NCBI GenBank assembly: GCA_026625185.1
Contig: CP113000.1
Coordinates: 1,575,622-1,607,621 of the forward strand
Direction: 5' to 3'
Source of the DNA: Thermodesulfobacteriota bacterium
Lineage (GTDB): Bacteria > Desulfobacterota > WTBG01 > JAGOGO01
DNA: 32,000 bases
A model generated the notes under the pieces. It saw nothing but the letters and a program-made list of their open reading frames with translations. It was not told where the DNA came from and made no database searches. The position numbers and the translations under genes are program-made. This document shows positions 9,571 to 16,741 of the stretch, in pieces; position 1 is the stretch's first letter; each line of letters opens with the position of its first letter.

Positions 9571-9847
9571 TAAAGCAAAGATATTTCTGAATCACTATAC
9601 TCTGGTTCGATATTTTTTACCTCTTAAATTATTTCTATGCTTCCCCATCAAAATAAATACTTTCTTCCGGCAAAATACAGGAATCACCGTATTTTTTCAT
9701 AATCTTATTCCTGATAGGTAGAAGGAAAAATAAATAAGGACCATGAGGAGATAACGCCATTATGGCGCAATATTCTATAAGCAAACCGACAAAAAATCAT
9801 TAGACGCGTTATTTAAACAAATACCAATTAACTATTTTCAAGGAGAG

Positions 9848-10135
9848 ATGCCCATGGATCAATCTATGACCATAAATCAATATTTGACAATAAACTTTGA
9901 TAACCAACCGATTAGATTTACCCTTGATGGGAAAGTTTCAGTGATTGATGTTATAAAGGTTTTATGCGATCCGGAGCGTCCGTTCACATTATGGGAAAAA
10001 ATTAAAACTAAACACCCGGAAATACTGGCCCACTGTGAAGATTACCTTTTTGAAAAGGGAGAGGCTATTCCGGTGGTTGATGGGAAGGGATGGGAAAAAC
10101 TTTGGATGTTATTGCCTTTCTACATAACATGCTAA
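9848..10135 (+). CDS. hypothetical small protein, weakly BRO-N/KilA-N-like N-terminus
   Basis: 95-aa ORF. AAGGAGAG lies immediately upstream, which places the second ATG (9854) at better spacing. The N-terminal INFDNQPIRFTLDGKVSVIDVIKVL resembles the 'F..x.iR...dG...f.a.Dv' pattern of BRO-N-type domains. This is a weak call from memory. Confidence 0.4.
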   Translation: MPMDQSMTINQYLTINFDNQPIRFTLDGKVSVIDVIKVLCDPERPFTLWEKIKTKHPEILAHCEDYLFEKGEAIPVVDGKGWEKLWMLLPFYITC

Positions 10136-10172
10136 GGCATGCAACTCTTTCAATTTAAAACCCCATGAGGAA

Positions 10173-10430
10173 ATGAATGCACTATTAAGATATGAAAAAA
10201 ACATGAGCAGTATCCCGATCGCCAAGGTTTCTCCGAATCTCCGCATTTGCTTTTCAGACGAAGAAATACTTACGTTATGTCACTCAATTCGCCTGCAGGG
10301 CCAGCGTGATCCCATAATAGTGTTCTTTGATGGCGAGAGTTTCAAAATTATTGATGGTGAAAAACGCTGGAGAGCTTGTAAGAGATTGGGTATTACCCAT
10401 TTAAACGTAGTGATTACGAACAGTCCGTAG
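10173..10430 (+). CDS. stand-alone ParB/Srx N-terminal-domain protein
   Basis: 85 aa with a GAGGA RBS. FKIIDGEKRWRACKRLGI matches the ParB-box DGxxRxxA motif. No HTH or dimerisation domain follows. Confidence 0.6.
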   Translation: MNALLRYEKNMSSIPIAKVSPNLRICFSDEEILTLCHSIRLQGQRDPIIVFFDGESFKIIDGEKRWRACKRLGITHLNVVITNSP

Positions 10431-10456
10431 TAGGGGCGAACGGCCGTTCGCCCCTA
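10431..10456 (+). terminator. perfect 26-nt GC-rich palindrome acting as a probable terminator; also a REP-type sequence
   Basis: TAGGGGCGAACGG/CCGTTCGCCCCTA starts directly after the ParB-like stop codon and is followed by CGGCTTTTGTT. Confidence 0.55.
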
Positions 10457-10462
10457 CGGCTT

Positions 10463-11317
10463 TTGTTATCGAGACAGCCCGTGCATTTTATTTGCTGTAT
10501 TAAACAGGTTCCTGATACCTCAAAAGTAAAAATTGACCCGGAAACAAACACCCTCATTCGTTCGGGAGTTGAATCCATCGCCAACCCGTATGATATGGTA
10601 GCATTAGAGGCGGCGCTTACCTTAAAAGACACCTGCGGTGGTAAACTAACCGTTCTAAGCATGGGGCCGCCGCAGGCGGAACAAGTCCTCAGGGAGGCCA
10701 TATCATGTGGTGCTGATGAAGCCATTCTCCTCTCCGACCGAGCCTTTGCCGGCGCTGATACTTTAGCCACCAGTTACGCGCTCACCAGGGCGATTGAAAA
10801 ATTAGCTCAAAAAACCCCGGTTGATATAGTATGTTGCGGAAAGCAGGCAATTGACGGTGATACTGCGCAAGTGGGCCCGGGCATTGCTACCCGCCTGGGA
10901 TACACTCAATTCACCTACGTGACTGAGATAAAGGAAATTGATACAGTAAATGCGCGCATCACCGTAAAACGTAAAGTGGAGGGAGGCAGTGAAATTATTC
11001 GCGGCCCGCTTCCTTGCGTGCTTACTGTTGAATTAGAATTGGCGAAACCCCGAAGAGCTTCACTTCCTCGACTCATACATTCACTTAAATCTGAGATTGG
11101 CGTGTGGAACGCTGAGGCGATTCACGGGGATAACCAAAAACTGGGACTCAAGGGTTCACCTACCTGGGTGAAAAAAATCTTTTCTCCTCCTTTTAAAGAA
11201 GGTGGGCCCCGATTTGACGCGCGGGAGAATCCCCGGCAGGCAGTGGAAGATTGTTTAAAAACCTTGTTGGCTGACGAAACCTTTGCTTTTCACCTCCTAA
11301 AACAATGGGGGCAATAA
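10463..11317 (+). CDS. fixA: electron transfer flavoprotein beta subunit (FixA/EtfB)
   Basis: 284 aa with the N-terminal CIKQVPD signature and KQAIDGDTAQVGP. The true start is probably GTG 10481, giving MHFICCIKQVPD. It is the first gene of a tightly spaced four-gene operon. Confidence 0.9.
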   Translation: MLSRQPVHFICCIKQVPDTSKVKIDPETNTLIRSGVESIANPYDMVALEAALTLKDTCGGKLTVLSMGPPQAEQVLREAISCGADEAILLSDRAFAGADTLATSYALTRAIEKLAQKTPVDIVCCGKQAIDGDTAQVGPGIATRLGYTQFTYVTEIKEIDTVNARITVKRKVEGGSEIIRGPLPCVLTVELELAKPRRASLPRLIHSLKSEIGVWNAEAIHGDNQKLGLKGSPTWVKKIFSPPFKEGGPRFDARENPRQAVEDCLKTLLADETFAFHLLKQWGQ

Positions 11318-11323
11318 ATCGAA

Positions 11324-12580
11324 GTGCCTAAAAATTCAAAAGGAATCGAAGTTGCTAAAATACTCCCGGAGAAATGCATAGGATGTCAAATCTGTGTCGC
11401 CGAATGCCCGGTCGGCGCTATTGAAATGTCAAATGGCGCGGCCGTGATTGACCCGGAGGTTTGTATCGGCTGCGGTAAATGTTTTGAAGTCTGTCCGGTC
11501 GAAGCAGTAAAATTCGAAAAAAAAAGAAGCCCAAAAAAAATACGAAAGCCCGAAGAGGTTGCACAGTATGCGCGTGACAATTACCGGGGAGTTGCGGTCT
11601 TTATTGAGAGCTTTAATGGGCAGGGAGCAACCGTTTCGTGGGAGCTGATTGGAAAGGCCAGGCAACTCGCGGAAAAATTAAATACCCGGGTCATCGGGTT
11701 TTTATTAGGCTATGAGGTAAATGATAGCGCTCGGGAAGCAATTGCTTATGGATGCGATGAGGTTCATGTGATTGATGATCCTTTGCTGAGAACCTACATC
11801 TCAAAACCGTATGGCAAAGCGCTGACCGATCTCTGTAAAAAAGTTAAACCGGAAATATTTCTCATCGGCGCTACCCCATTAGGCCGGGACTTGGCAGGCA
11901 TAGTGGCAACGAATCTTGAGACCGGTCTCACGGCTGATTGCACCGGATTGGATATTGAGGAAGAAAAGAATTTGCTTCTCATGACCCGGCCGACCTTTGG
12001 CGGTAATATCATGGCTACTATTTTTTGTGAACACCATCGACCCCAGATGAGCACGGTAAGGCCGCGGGTCTTTAAAACACCGGAAAAAAACCCGGCCCGG
12101 AACGGAAATATTTATTGTCATGTGCTTGAACCACCGCACGACAAGCTTCCTGAACTGATAGATTTCATCAAGGATGTTGTTTCCGGTGATGGCGTTGACA
12201 TTAGTCGGTTTCCGGCCTTAGTGGTTGCCGGGAAAGGAGCATGCGATCTTGAGACCATGCCCTTGCTTGAGGAACTCGCCAATCTGGTAGGCGGGATCGT
12301 AGCCTGTTCCCGACCGGTGGTGGAAGCCGGATTGATGCCCTATGATCGTCAGGTCGGTCAAACCGGAAAAACCGTGGCGCCCAAACTTTATCTCGGCATT
12401 GGAGTGTCAGGAGCGGTTCAGCATCTGGTGGGTATGCAAGGGTCTGAAAAAATTATTGCCGTCAACGCTGACCCGAAAGCGCCGATATTCAATGTTGCCG
12501 ACGTCGGCATCATCGGGGATTATAAAAAAGTTGTGCCGGTTTTAATTGAGGAACTGAAAAAAAGAAAACTGCGGAATTAA
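11324..12580 (+). CDS. fixB: electron transfer flavoprotein alpha subunit (FixB/EtfA) with N-terminal 2x[4Fe-4S] ferredoxin domain
   Basis: 418 aa. Two CxxCxxCxxxCP motifs (CIGCQICVAECP, CIGCGKCFEVCP) precede an EtfA body with the FAD-region signature YLGIGVSGAVQHLVGM. Confidence 0.9.
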   Translation: MPKNSKGIEVAKILPEKCIGCQICVAECPVGAIEMSNGAAVIDPEVCIGCGKCFEVCPVEAVKFEKKRSPKKIRKPEEVAQYARDNYRGVAVFIESFNGQGATVSWELIGKARQLAEKLNTRVIGFLLGYEVNDSAREAIAYGCDEVHVIDDPLLRTYISKPYGKALTDLCKKVKPEIFLIGATPLGRDLAGIVATNLETGLTADCTGLDIEEEKNLLLMTRPTFGGNIMATIFCEHHRPQMSTVRPRVFKTPEKNPARNGNIYCHVLEPPHDKLPELIDFIKDVVSGDGVDISRFPALVVAGKGACDLETMPLLEELANLVGGIVACSRPVVEAGLMPYDRQVGQTGKTVAPKLYLGIGVSGAVQHLVGMQGSEKIIAVNADPKAPIFNVADVGIIGDYKKVVPVLIEELKKRKLRN

Positions 12581-12589
12581 AGAGAATCA

Positions 12590-13900
12590 GTGACTATGCA
12601 GGAAAATTATGACGTCGCCATTGTGGGAGCAGGGCCCGCTGGTATTTCGGCAGCATGCGTGTTGGCTGGTAAAGGGATCAAAACCATTGTTGTCGAGCGG
12701 GGAGAATATCCGGGGGCGAAAAATATTTCCGGCGGCGTCCTCTATGGGCATGACTTAGCCGCCATCATTCCGGATTTTGTGGAAAAAAAGTGTCCGGTTG
12801 AGCGCAACATCATTGAATCACGCTTATGGTTCCTCTCCAAGAGTGGTGGGTACAGTCTTTCCTTTCGCGATCGCGCATTTTATGAGAAACAGGCGTTTAA
12901 TGCCTTTACCGTGGGAAGAGCCAGGTTCGACCGATGGTTTGCGGAACAGGCAAGAGCAAAAGGGGCGCTTGTGGTATGCAGCACTGTTGTTACGGATCTG
13001 CTCAGAGACAGTAATAATCGCGTTATCGGCGTTACGACCGATCGCCCCGAAGGAGATTTAAAGGCGAGAGTAGTTGTGCTGGCTGACGGAATCAATTCTC
13101 CCTTGGCCGCAAAAACCGGATTCCGACCGGAACCAAAGCCCTCGCACATCGCGCTGGCAGTCAAAGAAGTTATCGAGCTTCCGGAAGAAATTATTAACGA
13201 ACGGTTTAACACGGAAACCGGGCATGGGGTGACGATTGAAATCATCGGCGAAATCACCCAGGGTATGGATGGTATTGCGGTAATCTATACCAATAAAAAT
13301 TCGCTTTCGGTATGTATCGGGGCCAATCTTTCTGATTTTATGGAAAGCAAAGTTAAACCGTACGAAATGCTGGAAGAGTTCAAACAGCATCCCTTGGTTG
13401 CTCCTCTCATTAAAGATGGCCAGGCAAAAGAATATATGGCTCACTGGATTGCCGAGGGTGGCTATGAGGCGATTCCGCAGCTCTGTGGTGACGGCTACCT
13501 CATTGCCGGAGATTCAGGAATGTTGTTTAATGCTCTTCATCGCGAAGGGTCAAACATGGCCATGACATCTGGCAGATTTGCGGCAGAAACGATTGCAGAG
13601 GCCTTGGATAAAGGCGATTTCAGCCGCAAGACTCTCGCAGGATATGTTGCCCGGTTACAAAACTCATATGTAATCAAGGATCTTAAAAAGTATCGGCGAT
13701 TTAATGCCTTTCGTCTTCAGCATCATGAGCTTTTTACCACCCTGCCAAGATTGGGGAGTTTCGCGGCGCAACAAATGCTTACCGTGGATGGGGTGCCCAA
13801 AAAAGAAAAACAGAAAGCTATTTGCAAAAAATTTCGAAAGGAAATATCTTGGGGAAGCCTAATACGGCTTTTATGGACCGGCTGGAGGAGCGTTAAATGA
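12590..13900 (+). CDS. fixC: FAD-dependent ETF-quinone oxidoreductase-like protein (FixC)
   Basis: 436 aa with the dinucleotide-binding motif DVAIVGAGPAGISAA. Length and position between fixB and fixX fit FixC. Confidence 0.88.
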   Translation: MTMQENYDVAIVGAGPAGISAACVLAGKGIKTIVVERGEYPGAKNISGGVLYGHDLAAIIPDFVEKKCPVERNIIESRLWFLSKSGGYSLSFRDRAFYEKQAFNAFTVGRARFDRWFAEQARAKGALVVCSTVVTDLLRDSNNRVIGVTTDRPEGDLKARVVVLADGINSPLAAKTGFRPEPKPSHIALAVKEVIELPEEIINERFNTETGHGVTIEIIGEITQGMDGIAVIYTNKNSLSVCIGANLSDFMESKVKPYEMLEEFKQHPLVAPLIKDGQAKEYMAHWIAEGGYEAIPQLCGDGYLIAGDSGMLFNALHREGSNMAMTSGRFAAETIAEALDKGDFSRKTLAGYVARLQNSYVIKDLKKYRRFNAFRLQHHELFTTLPRLGSFAAQQMLTVDGVPKKEKQKAICKKFRKEISWGSLIRLLWTGWRSVK

Positions 13901-14178
13901 CCGCTAAGGTTGAGGACAAACTTTTTTTAAACCGTTTTCGCGTGGACGAAAACCCTCATATTCGAATCATTGAGGGCAACGTATGTATGGAGAAGTGCGA
14001 GAATCAACCATGCCTTTATTTCTGTCCGGCGAATGTTTACCGGCTCGAAAAAGACCGTATCAGCGTAGCCTATGAAGGGTGTTTAGAATGCGGCTCTTGT
14101 CGTATCGGCTGCCCCAACCTTAATATTGAGTGGCGCTTTCCCACGGGAGGTTACGGGATCAGCCATAAGTTTGGGTAG
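13897..14178 (+). CDS. fixX: ferredoxin-like protein FixX
   Basis: 93 aa and Cys-rich (CPANVY...CLECGSCRIGCP). Its ATG overlaps the fixC stop in an ATGA overlap at 13897-13900. Confidence 0.85.
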   Translation: MTAKVEDKLFLNRFRVDENPHIRIIEGNVCMEKCENQPCLYFCPANVYRLEKDRISVAYEGCLECGSCRIGCPNLNIEWRFPTGGYGISHKFG

Positions 14179-14254
14179 CGCTGGCGAAATTTAAAAAGTA
14201 TGTTTCGGTAAGTTTATGACTTTTGCGAGGGTCACACCTTAGAAAGGAGCAAAC

Positions 14255-14710
14255 ATGATGGTCGAAGCAAAAAGAAGTTTACACCTTCGTCTGCAGGAAT
14301 ATTGCGATTGTTATCTGGAGACAGATCCGCAGAAAGAAATTGTGGTGATCAATAAAAAAGGGGCTGCTGCCGATGTAACCAAAGACCGGGAGGAAGTGGC
14401 GCTCAAATTTCTCTGTTTAACAATTCTTTACGGCATTAACGAAAGTGCAAAAAAGATCACCCTAACAAAGAAAGGCAGAGACAAAGTCAGATTAGATGTT
14501 GATGCAGCGGGAAAATATGTGCTCCCCGCGCCTCGAGCCGATATAGCGGATGAAATCTTTAAACTGATGCGCTCAATTACTCACCTTGAATCCGAAAGGG
14601 GAAGGGAAGTTCTTTCTCTCGGCTTGAGAAACGATCGGGTAGAATTAACGGTGGAATTGGCTTCCGCACCGGGGGAGAATACCTTGACTATTTTGTTCCC
14701 CGCGACATAA
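14255..14710 (+). CDS. small soluble protein resembling only the N-terminal subdomain of GspE/PilB-type secretion ATPases
   Basis: 151 aa with an AAAGGAG RBS. ALKFLCLTILYGINESAKKITLTKKGRDKVRLDVDAAGKYVLPAPRADIADEIFKLMRSITHLESERGREVLSLGLRNDRVELTVELASAPGENTLTILF aligns by eye with the remembered T2SSE pattern 'vvklvN.il..A....ASDIHiEp.e..l.vRyRiDGvL......p...a..l.sRiKvma.lDiaEkR.PQDGri.l......vDvRVst.Pt..GE.vVlRlL'. No Walker motifs follow. Confidence 0.45.
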   Translation: MMVEAKRSLHLRLQEYCDCYLETDPQKEIVVINKKGAAADVTKDREEVALKFLCLTILYGINESAKKITLTKKGRDKVRLDVDAAGKYVLPAPRADIADEIFKLMRSITHLESERGREVLSLGLRNDRVELTVELASAPGENTLTILFPAT

Positions 14711-14782
14711 TCCGCATTGAATTACGACACAGTCTCAAAAGGCAGATAGAGAAGAACTTTTAAAATAAAGGAGTATAAACCT

Positions 14783-15235
14783 ATGGAAAAAACAACAGTA
14801 AAAGCAGTGCAGGAAGGATTGGTTCAAAAAATGAAAGAATGGCAGGAAATAGAATCAACGGCTATCAAAACAACGAGAGAAATCGGAAGTAAAGCTGAAA
14901 ATCTGCTCATAAAAAATATCATGATAACCATTAATTATGACTCGGCACGGCATCGAAGTGTCCAACAGTTCATCATTGATAGCCTCGAAGAAGAACACCT
15001 CACCCTGAGTATCAATGATTTAGGGGATGTTTGGACTATGATCGAGAAACATATTGCGTTGGAGCAAAAAATGGTTTCCCTGGTTAAAGAGGTTTTAGAA
15101 ACGGTAAAAGGGAAAAAAACATTAATGGTGCAGCAGTACTTCCTGGAATACCTTCTTGCGGATGAAGAAAAACACGAGGCAATGCTCAATAAACTTCACT
15201 CTATAAAAGATGGAATCTACCCCTATGGAGGATAA
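14783..15235 (+). CDS. hypothetical helical-bundle protein, possibly ferritin-like
   Basis: 150 aa with an AAAGGAG RBS. Predicted all-helical, with E-rich pairs (EIESTAIK...DSARH; IEKHIALEQK...ADEEKHEAML) reminiscent of ExxH di-metal motifs. Functional assignment is weak. Confidence 0.45.
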   Translation: MEKTTVKAVQEGLVQKMKEWQEIESTAIKTTREIGSKAENLLIKNIMITINYDSARHRSVQQFIIDSLEEEHLTLSINDLGDVWTMIEKHIALEQKMVSLVKEVLETVKGKKTLMVQQYFLEYLLADEEKHEAMLNKLHSIKDGIYPYGG

Positions 15236-15510
15236 ATATGATCGTTATTCTTGGTCCGTTGTCCGTGACCATCATTGTTGTCCCGAATAGTATTTAATCA
15301 TATTGATTTTACTTGACTTCCATAATTAAAATTGTTTCGTCGCCGACGCTTTTCGCAACGACATCTTTTATCGCAGGATTAAGGTTCTAACTAAACTGTA
15401 ACCAGTTTTGTAACCGTCATTTATCTTTTGGTCTTCGCGTAATCAGGTGGGTTCATTTAAACTCACCCTTATCCTCTTGTGCGCCAAGAGGGTGAAAAGT
15501 TAATAATTTA

Positions 15511-15545
15511 AAAAAAGGTTAGCAAGTTAGCGCTAACCTTTTTTT
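15511..15545. terminator. bidirectional-looking rho-independent terminator hairpin
   Basis: AAAAAAGGTTAGC-aagttagc-GCTAACCTTTTTTT. A 9-bp stem (15515-15523 / 15532-15540) is flanked by an A-run on the left and a T-run on the right. Confidence 0.5.
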
Positions 15546-15607
15546 AAATTATATAGTTTGTGTAGTTTTAATATAATTCCCGCTCAAAATCAATCTTGCC
15601 CAAATCA

Positions 15608-15700
15608 GAGATTGCCATGGCTTCGCCTCGCAATTAAAAACTAAATAATAACAATCTGTTACGGTCATTGTGAGGAGCAGTAGCGACGAAGCAATCTCAT
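15608..15700. repeat. pair of inverted ATTGC...GCAAT-type REP-like units
   Basis: AGATTGCCATGGCTTCGCCTCGCAAT (15609-15634) lies inverted relative to CATTGTGAGGAGCAGTAGCGACGAAGCAATCTC (15666-15698). A third related unit, TTTCGTCGCCGACGCTTTTCGCAACGAC, lies near 15344-15362. Confidence 0.5.
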
Positions 15701-15877
15701 TCACAAAAGCCTAATACTATCAAGCCGGTAATATACTCTTTGGTATAACATTGGCTTAAAATATTATTCGACTTTCCCACCGCTTTGACCTTAATAATAA
15801 ATTAGGCAATTGAATTTTTTGACGAAACCGGTATAATACCTCCATTTCTATCCCTTGATGAAAAAACGGATTAAAAT

Positions 15878-16513
15878 ATGGTCCCAGAAAATAAAAGAAG
15901 GATTGCTAAGGTATTGTCGCTGGTCGTGGTTATTGCCGGAATTATGGTAATGATCGGCTGGAAATTTGATATAAACATTTTGAAAAGCATCTCTCCGGCC
16001 TGGATCTCCATGAAGTTTGACACTGCGGTTGCTTTTGTTGCCGGCGGCATTACGCTTTATTTTATTATCCGGGCTAAAGAGGGCGCGTTTGACCAGGCCC
16101 AAGTAGCTCTCTCCATAACCTCTTTAATAATTATTCTTCTTATGGGAATATTATTTTTCTCTACCCTTCTCGGTATACACACAGGTGTTGAAGATATATT
16201 TATTAAGGAACCAGCGGGTGGAATAAAGACCGTAATCCCTGGAAGGCCATCACTGCCCACGATGTTAAATTTTATATTGATAGCCTTAGCTGGAATTCTA
16301 ACTATGCTGAATCTTAAAAAATTGCAGCCAAAACTCAAAATTATCGGTCTTGCCGTGGTAATAATGGGGGTTCTCGCAGTAATCGGTTATATCCTGAACG
16401 CCCCGTTACTTTATTATTACCTGCCGGGCATCAATTCAGCCATGGCCTTGCACACGGCAATATTATTCGTATTGTTAGGGATAGGTTTGTTATGCTTAAG
16501 TTCTGAGGAGTAA
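15878..16513 (+). CDS. multi-TM membrane protein resembling an N-terminal sensor input module, with no output domain
   Basis: 211 aa with about six hydrophobic helices. The N-terminal pattern (...IGWKFDINILKSISPAWISMKFDTAVAFVAGGITLYF) resembles the membrane input regions found at the N-termini of kinases and cyclases. This is recalled from memory, and I cannot name the family. Confidence 0.55.
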   Translation: MVPENKRRIAKVLSLVVVIAGIMVMIGWKFDINILKSISPAWISMKFDTAVAFVAGGITLYFIIRAKEGAFDQAQVALSITSLIIILLMGILFFSTLLGIHTGVEDIFIKEPAGGIKTVIPGRPSLPTMLNFILIALAGILTMLNLKKLQPKLKIIGLAVVIMGVLAVIGYILNAPLLYYYLPGINSAMALHTAILFVLLGIGLLCLSSEE

Positions 16514-16537
16514 GTTAAGGCTGTGTGAAGTTTACGT

Positions 16538-16645
16538 AACACACCCCCGACCCCTCTAATAGAGGAGAGATTTTTGGGAGTCCCTTCTAAGAGGAGGGGA
16601 TTCCCGCCTGCCTGACAGCGTTCAGGCGGGTAGTGTGTGTGACTA
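16538..16645. repeat. REP-like composite palindrome
   Basis: Contains CCTCT-aat-AGAGG (16553-16565) and CCCGCCTG-N12-CAGGCGGG (16603-16630). The outer AACACACCC...GTAGTGTGTGTG arms are partially complementary. Confidence 0.5.
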
Positions 16646-16741
16646 TCCCCAATTGAGAGCGGATAAAGGGTTGTGTAAGTTATAGAGGCGTGTAAAAGGT
16701 CTATGAGTGCGGTGATAATTATTTAACAAGGCAGTATTTTT

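Noticed and set aside
9374-9721. 115-aa ORF in the uvrD upstream spacer
   Set aside because: It translates straight through the REP-like palindromes (..IPVPAFAGI..KPGMT..). It starts on a non-ATG codon (GTG) without an RBS. This is a known kind of annotation artefact over such repeats.
10414-10770. 118-aa minus-strand ORF overlapping the fixA start
   Set aside because: It is antisense to a strongly supported EtfB-family gene. The product is Ala/Ser/Arg-rich shadow-frame sequence that runs through the 10431-10456 palindrome.
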